A stretch of 64,000 bases of DNA from Amoebidium appalachense (taxonomy: Eukaryota; Protista; Ichthyosporea): positions 2,294,001 through 2,358,000 of the forward strand of contig CAVNZM010000012.1 in the NCBI GenBank assembly GCA_963693365.1, read 5' to 3'. Below, piece by piece: positions 12,991-26,940 of this stretch; position 1 is the stretch's first letter; every line of letters begins with the position of its first letter. The translations under genes were made by a program, and so were the position numbers. A model generated the notes under the pieces. It did not search any database, had not been told where the DNA came from, and worked only from the letters and a program-made list of their open reading frames with translations.

Positions 12991-15900
12991 ATGGGAAGAG
13001 CAAAATGTCCAGTTCCCATGTATGAAGGAGAAGGCAAGGGCAAAATCTCCTACTCAATGTGGGCCATGCGCATGAAGTGCTTCCTCGAGGGCGAGGAATT
13101 ATGGTACACGATTGAAGACGTGGCTCCTGAAGTGATAGGAGAGGACGGCGAACCGGTGGAGCAACCTCCGGTGGAGATCGACCCCTTGGATCAGAAGAAG
13201 GCGACTTCCTACCTGGTGGAGACACTAGGTGATGTACCTGCAAGCCTGTGTCGGCGAGCTATTGCCGTAGGAAATCCCAAGGACATATGGGATACGGTAG
13301 CATCATACGCTGCGCGCAACACAGATGAGCACAAGAGAATGTTGATTCAACAGTTCTGGCGTGCTGATATGATGCCGACGGAAAGCGTGCTGGAGTATGC
13401 GGCCCGCCTGGAGTGCATTGTGCAGGATCTTCTTCATATCGATCCCAATGGAGTTAGTGAGGACATGGTTGCCGAGAAATTCCTGGACGGTCTGATGGTG
13501 TAGGCGCTGACGACCGATTCCGCACCGACGTTAGGACCATTCAAGCTTTACCAGCAGCTGAGAAGACAATGGAAAAGATAATCGCCAAGCTGCGTGGTTT
13601 TGAGGAGAACGAGGCTGCAAGGGAACAGCAGCGGGTGATGATGACCAGCACCCAATGGCGCGGCGGTACGCCACGACAGGACACCGGCAAGCCGCGCGTG
13701 ACTGACATATCCAAGGTGGAGTGTTACAAATGTCACAAGTTTGGGCACTACAAGTCACAGTGTCCAAAGAAGAAGAAGGGCGGCAATCGCGGCGACAAGG
13801 CGAAGCAGAACGGAGCATCCAAGGAGATACTCGCCATGGCGGTAAACAGCGGACTCCCTTCTTCAACTGAGTGGTATTGGGACTGCGGCGCAACCTCCCA
13901 TGTCACATGCCGAAAGGACTGGATGGAAGACTTCCGGTCGATCACACCCAAACCCGTCGCTCTGGGTAACACCCCGGGTGTGATGGCGCTAGGAATAGGC
14001 GTCGTAAGATTAACAAGTGAGTTCCAGGGCAACAGCATGACATTTAGACTGCAGAATGTGCTGTACGTGCCAGCATTTGGAACTAACGTGATGTCGGCTT
14101 CAAGCGCCGGCAAGCACGGGTTAAGAGGCATCACCGACGGTCGACAGTGTACGATTGAGAGTGCCACAGATGGCCAAGTTGTGGCCCGTGGGGTAGTGGA
14201 GGGAGGCCTGTATCGTCTCCTAGTGAAACCCGTATGTGAGAGCGTGAACATGGTGACCACTGCAGTCGGCAGCAGTGGGGGTAACACCGTGTGTGAGCCG
14301 GTAAAGGGCAGCGCCAGTTTATGGCACCGGCGGTTTGGTCATGTGGCAACAAACACGCTACAGAAAATGGCTAAAGAAAACATCGTCGAGGGTCTGTGCA
14401 TCGACTGCAAACCCCAGGATGACGGTGTGTGCGAGGGATGCGCGAGAGGGAAGCAAGCCCGGCTCTCTTTCAGTAAGCTACCCCGCAAGACAGCGCCAGC
14501 GAAGCTCGACAGAGTTCATTCTGATGTGGCAGGACCGTTCAACAAGGAGTCGCTGCAAGGTTCCAAGTATTATGTCACCTTCATCGACGACAAGACAAGG
14601 TTCACTACGGTGTACTTCATGAAACATAAATCCCAAGTGCATACTTACTTCAAGAAGTACAAGGCACACGTAGAGAAGCAACACGGTGCCAGCATCAAGA
14701 TTCTGCGTTCCGACAACGGGGGTGAGTACACCTCCACTGAGTTCAAGTCGTTCCTGGAAGCGTGCGGCATTGAACATGAGGCGACAGTCCCTTACACACC
14801 AGAGCAGAATGGTGTAGCAGAGAGGGCTAACAGGACCATTGTCGAGACGGCGCGCTGCATGCTGCAGTCAGCAGGCATGAGTATGGGGTTCTGGCAGCTA
14901 GCAGTACAGGCAGCTGTGTACATCAAGAACCTGACGCCAACCACAGTACTGGGTGGCATGACACCTTGGGAGGCATGGTATGGAGAGAAGCCCGATGTTA
15001 GCCATCTACGTGTATTTGGTAGCAAGGCATTTGTCCATGTGCCGAAGGACGAGCGCAGGAAGCTAGACGCCAAGAGTCGGGAGTGTAAATTCGTCGGCTA
15101 CACAGGTGACAGCAAGACGTACTTGTTGTGGGACACCGAGGCGCGCAAGACTATCGTCGGGCGAGATGTGGTGATCGATGAATCATGCACCCCAAAGGCC
15201 GGTATTCCGGTGATGCAAGATGAGCCAATGGAATTGCTGATGCATAAGCCAATCGGAAATCAGCAGAGCTTGGAATCGAGGGATCCAATCAGCGCCAAGA
15301 AGCAACATTCCTTTCGGAAGCCTACAATCGGCACTGACAGTGGATATGATTCAGATGCTATCGGCGACGGCGCGGGCGAGGACAGCGGCGATTCGGACGC
15401 GGCAGGGTCAGGAGACGAGGAAGATAGTGCAGAGTTGCAGGTTGCAACCAGAAGTGCCTATCCGTCTATGACTACAAGGCGCGGTGGGACCTACGGCATC
15501 AACGCAGGTGTAGTAGAGTACCGCGACAGTATCAGCATGGCAATTGAGAGTGCTGATAGCAATGAGGATGACCCTGTGACACTGGAAGAAGCAATCTCCA
15601 GGCCAGATGGTGCAAAGTGGAAGGCTGCGCTGGACGAGGAGTACGAATCTCTAGTCAAGAATGGGACATGGTCACTGGTGCCACTCCCACCAGGTCGTCG
15701 GGCAGTTTCCTTCAAGTGGGTCTTCAAGATGAAACGCAACGCCGACGGCAGTGTCGAGCGCTACAAGGCCCGTGGTGTGGCCAGGGGCTTCTCTCAGCAA
15801 GAGGGGATAGACTACGAAGAGACCTTTGCCCCGGTAGCCAAGTTCACCAGCTTCAGACTTCTCTTCGCTATGGCAGCGGCAGAGAACATGCACCTCACAC

Positions 15901-17135
15901 AAATAGATATCGTCACGGCGTTCCTGAACGGCGACATCAAGGAAGAGCTGTACATGCAGCAACCGCGTGGGTACGAGGTACCCGGAAAGGAAGACTATGT
16001 GTGTCGTTTGCACAAAAGTCTGTATGGCCTCAAGCAAGCAGCAAGGTGCTGGAATGAGAAGATGCATGAGGCTATGGTCGATCTTGGCTTCACACGTGTG
16101 GAAGCTGATCGATGTGTCTACTTCAAGGTCAACGGAAGTGGAAAGACGGTGGTGGCTGTGCATGTGGACGACATGCTAGTGGCGGCGTCGACAGATGATC
16201 TTATTCAAGAATTCGTCAGGCAGGTTGGGACGAAGTTCTCCGTCAAGGTGATCGGCGAGCCAAAGCTGCTACTCGGTGTGCAGGTCAGTCGCGACGCTGC
16301 AACAGGCGATATAAAGTTGTCACAGGAAACGTACATCAAGTCATTGATGCGGCGCTTCAACATGGTCGACTGCAAGGCTAAGTCAACACCGCTACCGGAG
16401 CGATGTGTGTTGAGCAAGGCCATGAGTCCGGCAAGCGAGGAGGAGAGAGTGGCGATGCGGCAAGTTCCTTATGCCAGAGCTGTGGGCTCCTTAATGTACG
16501 CAATGGTGGCCACCCGGCCAGACATTGCACAAGCAGTGGGGGAACTTAGTAAGTTCGTGAGCAACCCGGGACTTCAACACTGGGACGCAGCCAAACATCT
16601 TCTCCGGTACCTCAAGGGGACAACCAACTACGGGATTGTCTACCGCGGAGGACGAGGAGGGAGTACAACAGTGGAGGGATTCACTGACTCCGATTACGCT
16701 GGCAACTCCGACGACCGTAAGTCGACGAGCGGATACATCTTCACTGCCAATGGATCTGCCATCAGCTGGGGCAGCAAGCAACAGAAGACTGTGGCTACTT
16801 CATCTACAGAGGCGGAGTATATGGCTACGTGCCTGGCAGTCAAAGAGGCTAAGTGGCTACGACAGCTGCTGGGGCAGCTGGGCTACGATATGAGTGAGGC
16901 GACCATCATCTACGCCGACAACCAGGCCAGCATCAAGCTTGCAAGGAACCCGATGCTCCATAACAGGAGCAAACACATCGACGTTCAGTACCACTACACC
17001 CGTGAGTGTGTGGAGAATGGGGATGTAGAACTTGTGTATTGCAGCACGAACAGTAACGTGGCCGACATGTGCACCAAAGCTTTAGGGAGACTTAAGTTGG
17101 TGCAGCATCGGCAGGCCATCGGCATGGCTGAGTAA
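12991..17135 (+). pseudogene. Copia gag-pol polyprotein, interrupted by a frameshift at ~13498-13503
   Basis: ORF 12991-13503 is the gag N-terminus (YSMWAMRMKCFL) and stops at TAG. The frame of ORF 13569-17135 is open from ~13500. Motifs: zinc knuckle CYKCHKFGHYKSQC, protease WYWDCGATSH, integrase WHRRFGH...CEGC, VHSDVAGP, LRSDNGGEY, PEQNGVAER, RT YKARGVARGFSQ, HVDDML, RNaseH FTDSDYAG...ADMCTK. Confidence 0.9.
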
Positions 17136-17268
17136 GAACTACAAATAGTGTAGTGTTAATGTTCGTGTAGTAGGTGTTATATGTGTTAGTATAGTAGCAT
17201 AGTTTTAGAGTTGCATCTTAGGTTTAGGTTGCATGCGGTACATAGATAGAACACAGTGCAAGTGGGGG

Positions 17269-17574
17269 TGTCGAACAGGATAGCCATCCGGTATGCCCTG
17301 CGTTAGCGTAGCACTAGTGACCGGGAATATTCGAGATATTCGGGATAAACTGGTGGATAGGTTCACAATAGAACAGGATAGATCTAGAAGAGTCTAGAAG
17401 ATTCTATTGGAGTGTTTTGATTGGTAGCGACTAGATCCATAGCGGCGGGTAGACCAATCGGGAATAGTATGTAACATTCCAGTGAGCCAGACCACAAGTA
17501 TATAAAGGTCCCGGCGGGCCAGTCAATGCAAGTCAGCAAATAATAAAGTCTCACAGAGAAACCTCTAAGTTACA
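17269..17574 (+). repeat. 3' LTR of copia element
   Basis: TG...CA termini. Contains TATAAA (~17501) and AATAAA (~17542). Preceded by the PPT and followed by the TSD. Confidence 0.95.
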
Positions 17575-17740
17575 TCCCCCTCCCCACAATTGAACGGCAC
17601 CCCCCTCCCCCCTCCCCCCTTCCTCCCTCTCCCCCCCCCCCCTTCCCCGCGGTCGGGGAGTCAATCCCCCTCCCCTTCCCCTCCTCTCCCCCTCCCCCTC
17701 GAGCTCCCCCCTACTTTCCCGGCCCCAGCGCCCCGCCCCC

Positions 17741-17776
<36 letters not shown>

Positions 17777-19189
17777 CCTCTTCCCCCCTCCGCGCCCCTC
17801 CCTCCCGATTCCGTGACAAGCTCAACCCTTCAGGTGACTTCTGAAAGGCCGCGTGCACATGAGCTGCACCGCGTGAGTCCACATACTATCACCCCCCGTC
17901 CTCATGACCGTCTCACTATTTGCTTGACTAGTACTAAGTATTTAGGTGCTAGCTAGCACATTATTGCCAAATCTCTGACAGTTTGTGGCTTAGCTAGTGC
18001 AAAGCCTCCAAATGCAAACGCTCAGTGTATCCCAAGAGCATAGGGGCCAGCGTATATACGGTCACAGGCCACACGTGCACCGTCAAAGTGACAGACAGAC
18101 ACCTCGCTTCTACAAGGGAATAGATTCAATAGATTCGATAGATTCTGATCTCCGACGGTAGCAGATTTTCAGCCAATCATACAAATGGTACTAAATTTTG
18201 CTAATAGATAAATGTAGTCTAAATTTGTCCACCAGTCTGCTAACGATTTTTGCCTCACGCGTTCAAGGAATATCGCCGCCCCAACATCTTGATGCTACAT
18301 TCTGGCCTAGTACCCGGTGAGTCTTCCATGGTGCGCGTGCGAAACTGGGAGTCAGTTCAGGTTCCTACTTATTATATATACGGATGCCTAAAACTGTAAA
18401 CATGTCTCAACGATTCCAATAATGTAACACCCAACTACAGCGAGTGCTGTACATGTGGTAATTTGATATACTGTGGAGGTTCCCAGTTCACCAGTACTGA
18501 TCATGAACCACGTGCACCTGAAGCGTCGAACAGACAGATCTGTACAGCAGCAAGCCCCAAATGCCAGCAAGAGCACCAGGGTATAAATAGCCCAGCCATA
18601 CACATTGGTAGCTGTGAGGCGTATGAACATTTATGTTCGACTGGGTGAAAGCTCACGCAGCATACATGTAGTCTCGTAACCATATTCACAAAATTATCGA
18701 TCCTGCTGACCCAATACCGGTATACCGTAGACTGCGCCTGAGTGGTGTGCAACAAACTTCTTATATTACAACTGTGACTGTGATACACTGTTCACATTGA
18801 TCGAAAAATGCTTCGAACAACTTTATTGCTAGTGGCAGCGTGCGGCGGCCAGGCATACACCGTCCCCAGGCCCAAAGCAGGCCAACCACTAAGAACGCAC
18901 CAACCCACGCACACACGGACGGATAACGCTCGATGCAATTTCACTGCTCGGAAAAACACATGACCCTATCGACAAAGAGGTGTACGAACTGTTTTCAAAC
19001 TACTCTGAAAGCGCACTGACAGGTGTAAGAGAATAAGGATGGGGGTTTTGTTGGTGTCGGATATCGATTGGTGCATATTGTGGGAAAGAACGCGTTTTCG
19101 CATTTTTAGAACTTTGTCACCGGAGAGGGACTGAAGATGAGCATTACCTTATACAAAGTGGCCAGTGTGGTGCCAGGTATAATCATAAT

Positions 19190-19232
<43 letters not shown>

Positions 19233-20374
19233 CGCACACACGCACACACGCCCGCCCGCCCGCCCGCCGCCCGCATGCATGCATGCAAGCACTCACGCAT
19301 GCACGCACACACACACACACCTTCACATGTTCACCCCCCCTCCTCCCCCCCACACACACATTGTGACACACACACACACACACACACACATCCCCTTTAT
19401 TGTTCACTCCCATTACATTTTTCGCTTCTGTAAAAGAGCTAGAGTTCATGCTAAGAAGCTTTCTCGCGCCGCAAGCATAACCTAGCTACCTAGCATTGCC
19501 ACGTACTATTTGGCATAATATGTCAGGCTGAGCGCCAACCTATTTTCTATGAGAATTGAGAATATGCGCAGCACGAATAGTAGAGTGCATATGTAGCAAC
19601 CATTTGCACAATTCGGTAAAAACATTGCCCTAACCTGGGCTATTCGATGCATCACATCATTACGTCACATATTCAATCAAGTTGCATGCCCTTGCCAACT
19701 CACTATTGTAGGCTGGCTTGGATATCTCGCTTACTGTACCACCAAGACCGAGAGGCTTTTAAGGGCATATTTTTTCAAATTTTCACGTTTTTCCTGAATC
19801 TACCTGCTTGCCCCCTCGGTTCTCTCGCCTCCGGACATGCCGTACAAATACCAGTATGAAAGGGATTATCCACCTATCCCTGTCCTCTCCTCCCTCCCTC
19901 CCTCCCCCGCACGGCCCCTTGAAGTCTCTTATGTCGGACCCCCCCGGCTCCGTCCCCACATCTTTGTTTTGAAGTTTCATATGTTCTTTAGACACTGCCT
20001 ACCGCTACTGCCAGCCCCTGCACTTTTGCACACTCATTACGCACAACCCAGACAATTATACATGCCCCGAAAAACACCGTGTGCGGAAAAGCACAAGTAG
20101 AACTAAATACCAGGATAAGAAGCAAAAAACGATTCCCCCCCCCCCCCCCCCTCGAAAAACATAAACGGACCTGCTTATCAGCAACCAAGCACTTTTCATA
20201 TGTGCTAGCGCAAAGGCAAGTGCACAGTGACACCACCTTGCAGAACTTATACACACGAACCATTAACCCCTAAGATATTTAACACATAAACTGAAAGAGT
20301 TCATATTCTATAAGTTCCGAACCGAAAAAAATAAACAAAAAAATAAACAGAAGTTAATAGACTAAACTCTCCGC

Positions 20375-21009
20375 TCATAGCAAACCGCAATCACGGAGGT
20401 TGTTCTGAATAATAATGTCAGTGACGGCGGCAAACACAAACTTGACGTTTTCCGTGTCTGTGGCGCATGTGAAGTGTGTGTAGATCGTCTTTTCTCGTTG
20501 GTTGCGGTTCAGTGCCTCGAACTTCTCCTGGATGTACTGTGATGTCTGCTCGTACGAGTTGTCCCCTGCATCATGCAACACAAAGAGTCAGCACCTATAC
20601 ACTGCTGTAACAACCAACAACCCCCCCCCCCCCCCCCCCCCCCGGCGCTTCCCCCCCTCAACCACCACCACCACCACCCAAAAAAAAAAAAAAAAAAAAA
20701 ATGAAGGGAAGAAAGAAAGACAGCAAGCAGACACCATCAGATATCCCCCCCCCCCCCCCCCCCCCCCCCCCCCGCGTCCTCCTGTTCACAGTTACGTTCG
20801 TAACCACGAACCCGTAAGCAAAAACCGACTTCAAACTCACAAACAGACACAACGGGGAAAAGGATAGCGAAAAGTGGAGTGGCTGCAACGAGGAGGGAGG
20901 GAGGGTGCGCGGGGAAGAGGGGAGGAGGGGAGGAGGTAGGGAGGAGGGAAGGAGGGAGAGCCATAAAGAGGGAGGAATGGAGGGAGGGGAAGAGACAGAG
21001 CAAGAAAGA

Positions 21010-21050
<41 letters not shown>

Positions 21051-21201
21051 AGAGGGAAAGAGAGAGAGAAAGAAAGGGAGAAGAAAGGAGGGAGGGAGAG
21101 AGCGGTGTCGGGGAGGGAGAGAGTCAGAGAGAGAGAGAAAGAGAAAAGATACCGAGGGGAGAGGGAGTGGTGGTCCTGGTGGTGGTGGTGGTGGTGGTGG
21201 T

Positions 21202-21249
<48 letters not shown>

Positions 21250-21916
21250 ACCTGTACCTGTGTACTCTGGGAAGCAGTAGGTCAGGGGCTGGATTTTGAT
21301 CTTCTCCTTAAACAGATCGACCTTGTTAAGGAACAGGATGATGCTCGTCTGTACGAACCACTTGCTGTTGCAGATGCTGTCGAACAGCTTCAGAGACTCG
21401 TGCATGCGGTTCTGCACCCCACAAAACAAAATCGTTAGCAACAGGGAAGAGACGCACACACCCACCCACCAACCTCCCCACACACACAGAGAAAAATGCA
21501 GCCCGCAGCCCCCCCCCCCCTCCCCCCGGGCTTGCAGAGTGAATGTGTGATCCGTGTTTCGTTTGACTGTGTGTGTGTATTAACACACGCCGCCGAGGGT
21601 AGGTGGGGGGGGGGGGGGGGGGGGGAGGGGGGGAGGGGGGTTTTGAATGCGTCAAAAAGTACGAAGTACACAAGAACAAACGGATAACACGATGCAGAAT
21701 GCAAGCCATACATAAAGAGTATGCATAATAAGCAGAGCCCATCCTCAGGGGGGGCCCACGTCATCCACAGTACCCGAGTTTCGACCTATTCCCCTCATTA
21801 ACGAAACCCAACTCAGATACTGTTTCACTTGAACATGAGTAGGTCACCCGTCTTGATCAGAGACGAGCAGGGTTGCTTATGCAGGCAAGGGCAGTGGGAA
21901 AGGCCGGGGGTTAAAG

Positions 21917-21957
<41 letters not shown>

Positions 21958-22312
21958 ACACCACCAGACAGAAGAAAGGCAAATCATGCTTAAGGCACAT
22001 AGTAACCGCGATTAAAGAAACTCAGGCATGAATACACGTGCGGTCAGGCATCGAAGGAAAGAAACTGTATAAGCCAAAAGCTACCTCGAGTGATGGTGAG
22101 AGAGTGGGCAAGAGTGCAGGAGAACGAAGCTAAGGAAATGCGTGGGAAAGTAAGGGCGATTAGAAAAAGAGAGGGAGAGGGAGGGGAAAGGGAGGATGGG
22201 GAGAGGGGGGGAGGGGGGAGGGGGGAGGGGAAGGGGAGTGGAGAGAGAAAGGCGGAGAGGGAGGGAGGCAGGGAAGAAGCAAGAGAGGAGGGGGGGGGGG
22301 GGGGGGGGGGGG

Positions 22313-22378
<66 letters not shown>

Positions 22379-22482
22379 CAAAACCGACACACACACACAC
22401 AGGAGTGTAGTGAGAAAGTGTGTATGTGTGAGAAAAAGAGAGATATGAGAGTGGGATAGAGTGGGAGAAAGGGATGTGTGTT

Positions 22483-22533
<51 letters not shown>

Positions 22534-22721
22534 ACGGGTGCGCGATACAGAGTAGGCTAGAGTGGGAGAAAGAGGCATGTGTGTGTGTGTGTGTGTGTGT
22601 GTGATCGAGAGCGAAAGAGAGAGAGAGAGAAAAGAGAGAGAGAGGGAGAGAGCGGAATAGACAGAGAGAAAGAATGAGAGAGAAAGGGAGAGAGCAAGAA
22701 AGAGGGAAGGAGACATGGGGG

Positions 22722-22804
<83 letters not shown>

Positions 22805-24139
22805 GGGAGGCAGGCAGAAACACACCGTCTCCTCGTCCTCCAGCAGGACCTGGTCGTATGCGCTGATAGCCACACAGAAGATGATGGCAGTGACGTTCTC
22901 GAAGCAGTGGATCCACTTCTTACGCTCAGACCGCTGCCCTCCAACATCGAACATTCTGCACCAGCATGAAAAAAAATGAGATGCTGTGTACCTATCTATG
23001 CACGAATGCCATCAACCTGCCTCCCCCCCCCCCCCCCCCCCCCCCAAACCCCTTCCCCGCCCCCCGCGAGGACCTACAGGCCACACAGTTTCACTCTTCC
23101 CTCCACCAACCACCAGATATCATCATCACGTCTGTTTGGTTCGACACAGCCATCCGGTGTACGTGTGCTCGAATGAACTTGACGAGATAGACACGGCGGA
23201 ACCACACCACCCCTTCAATTCTAACAGCCCCCCCCCCACCCAAACACACACACACACCGTGTGCCTATCCTTCGACTAAAGCATATTAGCACGTGCGAAT
23301 GAGAGAGTCGCAAGACCAGGTAGCCGGGCAGGTGTGCAAGGAAACCATGGACTTGAGGATGGTTAGTGGGATACAAATCATATGCCTAAAATAGCCATGC
23401 GACTGGTGTACACGGGTGCCAGAGAATGTCACCAAAGAACAACATCAAACAATAGCCAAGAGTTGCCTATTATAGGTGCACACAATGGCTGTATAATCGA
23501 CAAGGAGGGCACCAGCAACCGGCCAACACGAGCTTCATGACCTGACTGACGAGCATACCAGCACAGTGAGGCACACATATACCCGCACACACTCATACAC
23601 ACAAACCAATATGAAAACACTATGTACTATATTACACAATTAAACAACCACTCCTTGCACATGCAACCGACCTGAAGTGCAAGTCCTTGTAGAAGAATTG
23701 TGTCTCGATAATGCCCGTGGTCTTCACACGTGTGTGCAGAATGTCCTGCTCCGTGGGGATGTACACAGGGTCTGAAATCCGGTCAATGGCGTCGAAGTAG
23801 CTGCAAGAAACAGGCTTGTTAATACGGGCTGCACATAAACAACGTGCAATACAACGGAATGAACAGAGACGAAAGGCTGGGCGGAAAGGTGGGGAGGAAG
23901 GGAGTTTCAAGAGAGTAACAGAAAGAGAGACAAGAGTTAGAGAGGAGGACGAGGCTTAGGGGAGCGCCGGATTGGTAACTGAGAGTGGTACATAACGTAC
24001 ATAGTCGTCGTCCAGACCACAGAAATAGAGCAGAGAGGGAAATGCGTGTGTGATGTATGAAAGAAATCGAGCCCGGGAAGCATAATTGAACAGCCCAGAA
24101 AGGTGGATTGGCTATCACGGTTGATTATAGGGAATGTGT

Positions 24140-24203
<64 letters not shown>

Positions 24204-25756
24204 GGGGGTATATCCACGTACTATGAGGCCGAGTCGTTAATCTGGAACTCGTTGCGGCGTGCATAGCACTCCTGCACACCCTTGTCTGACCACAGTTTCT
24301 TGATGGCCTCCGCAACGTGTGTGGGCATGCCCATGTTGTCGGTGGCCTCACCAAGATTCATCACAGTGTCCTGTGACGCCTGTTGCATGTGCAGCCCACA
24401 CATGTGAGATAGTGTGCCAATGGAAACTTTGCAATGCCAGGGAACAATACAGAGATGGCGAGAAGACGATCCAGCCCAAGTTTTTTTATGAAACAGACAC
24501 CGGTACACGATGAAGTGCCTGGATGTATTGACAAACACAATGCAGCTGAAGACAAACACATGCACACACATACACACAGAGAGAGAACACACATCCGGGC
24601 TCGCTCTTAGCACACAGGTAACACAACATTCTCCCCCCCTCCCCCCCCCCCCCCCCCTCCCCCCCCTTCCCCCCTCCCTCCCCGGGGGGACACGCACACA
24701 ACTTTCCCACCAAACTCCCTTTCGCCTCCTCGAAACCATCTTCCACACCAACATAAGACCAGGGGTTCCCACTAGGGCCAGGTGATCCCTTGGTTTGCTT
24801 GCCAACGAACCATCAAGAGCATTTCAACAGTGCTTGAAGTGCACTGTCACCTGGTTGGCTTCTAAATCTCAACCCTGAATTATTCACCATGCTTGTCCTG
24901 AAAGAATGATGCCACATCTCGTCGCCAGCAAATTAAACCGAACCAGAAGAAAGTCAAAGGAACCTTGCAATGCGCATCGACCTGCTTATTCTTTTCCGTA
25001 CTCCAAGAGCTGTGCTCACCAAATCCTAGTAACAAAGGCTCGGCTTCTAATAACCTGCACCGCTCGCCAGAAGTTTCGCGCTAACCCTTAGAACGGTACA
25101 TGGCAGCTTACACCTCCTGTTCACTATTATTCCATAATAACCGATCGAATCACATCACATGCATGTACGCACCTTCAGGCCGGGATCAGCAAGTTCGATG
25201 CCTTTGGCAGCCATTGCTCGTATAATGACCTGCATGGACTGAATAGTGTTGCCATAGATGACTTCCCTGTATTCAAGCGCAAGTTAGCAATCCGCACAAA
25301 ACGAATACATAACTGAGGCCATGCATTGCAAAGTAAAAAGAATCAGTATTTAGCTCACGCGTAACCAACCCTACCCACTCAGGCACTTGTGACCGGGTAA
25401 GGAAAACCCTCATCTGAAAAAAGTTTCAACAAGGAAAGAAAAGAAGAAGAGGTAGGCATTCACCACCTTTCTACATAGTATTTCCGAAGCCTGGTATGCC
25501 AGTCACTATATAATAGCCCAAAAACATCTAGAGCCAGCAAAACTCACCTGTAGCTTTGGCATTCATCCTTTGAAAAACCACTTTCGTGGATAATTTTCAT
25601 CTGCTTCACAATGGTACTCTTGCCTGATTCACCTGCACCAAGCAACAAGAGCTTTACTTCGCTCGCCAGTCTTCTCTTCTCCTTCTCGAGCTCGGCATCG
25701 ATGGCCTTAGAGTTATCAGCGGCCCCCTTCTCCTCAGAAGACGAAGCGCACCCCAT
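20375..25756 (-). CDS. Heterotrimeric G-protein alpha subunit, Gi/o class, 7 exons
   Basis: Exons 25548-25756, 25173-25266, 24222-24379, 23672-23800, 22826-22955, 21258-21411, 20375-20565. MGCxxS lipidation N-terminus, [40 protein letters not shown], and C-terminal DCGLL (Cys at -4, as in Gi/o). Confidence 0.96.
21641..21916 (-). mobile_element. Poly(C)-anchored repeat, subfamily A, apparently full-length copy in a G-alpha intron
   Basis: Differs from 52276-52551 at only about one position and is flanked by poly(G) on both sides on the + strand. Confidence 0.9.
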
Positions 25757-26940
25757 TTTCCCTTTATCACGCTCAAAAAACTAAGTGGATTCCCAAGACC
25801 TCAAAAACCCAGCCTCCTAACCAGGCTAACCCTCAATTGTTCGTTTAATAAGTCGCGTAGCCTAGGTGCGTTACAGCGCACGTAAAAGAAATTGTATTCT
25901 ACAGAACTGGATTCAAAACCACCAGCAACAAAAGCAAGAAGCCTAACTTAAGCTAAACAGGGGAGTCCAACTGATAGAAACTCTTTTTCTTCAGGGTGAT
26001 TTAGCCGAGGGTTTCACTGCCGAATGCGCGTTGGCGGATCTGGACGCCGATCATTATTAGAGGCAAATACCTGCATGCCGCAAAACAACCCTTTTGTACC
26101 AGAAATAGAACGGCAAACGTCGGTGTTTGATTGGTAAAGCGCGTATCTTTAAATTGTTAAGCCATCTGAAGTTTAACAAACAAATCAAAAAGCACTTTTG
26201 TATCTAGGTCACGGTTGTAAATGATGCTGCCGCCTTGCGTCTTTCTCCTCCAGTTCCGGTTCGTTTTGGTTGGTGCCCGCCGTGGAACTTTTTGAGGCGT
26301 TCACGTTGGAACAGCCCGTGGAAAGAGGAAAAACAAAGGGAACAGAGAAAGGGAAACATGAAAAAACCCGTGTTATACGCATGGTGGTGGAAATATAAGG
26401 GGATGAGACAGAAAATGGCTTAGCCTATTTGCCTCTTCACAATAGGTATGCTCCAGTCAAGGCGCGCTCGGACAAGTGAAGGCATATGTTACGGATGGGG
26501 ACTCCTTGGGTAGTTGATGTACAGCAACCTGTGCTTGTTACATCACCGTAGATGCACTCACCAGAGTGTCTGTCTTTCGCTAAGGAATATGCAAACGATG
26601 GAACGGCATAACAAAACAATTAATAAAGCAGGGTGTATAGATTACATCACTTGATTTGAGGCGTGTGCATGACGCCTTGAGTAAACCTCAAGCACACCCA
26701 CGCACGTAGCCAACAAAGGCAATTGTATTGGTGCGGGGTCAAACATATGAGGGACTTTGCGACATACATAGCAACATGCTACCTTCTACAACAAGTTTCT
26801 ACATGTTAATAGATTTATATGAGCTCAGTCACTGGTGATCGTTCAGAAGATTTTGCCTTCTATGTACACAGCGACAAAAGCGAGTCATAGTGATAACGAG
26901 AAAAAGTAAAACCACTCATATCACACGCTACACAGCTTAC

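Larger units (their letters stand above)
12638..17574 (+). mobile_element. Full-length Ty1/copia LTR retrotransposon
   Basis: ~306-bp LTRs at 12638-12942/3 and 17269-17574 with about 3-4 differences. 5-bp TSD TCCCC at 12633-12637 and 17575-17579. PBS present, PPT AAGTGGGGG at 17260-17268, domain order gag-PR-IN-RT-RNaseH. Confidence 0.97.

Noticed and set aside
18340-18600. Possible decayed Ty3/gypsy integrase C-terminus (YTVEVPSSPVLIMNHVHLKR)
   Set aside because: A short resemblance by eye, broken by stops, with no LTR or other domains.
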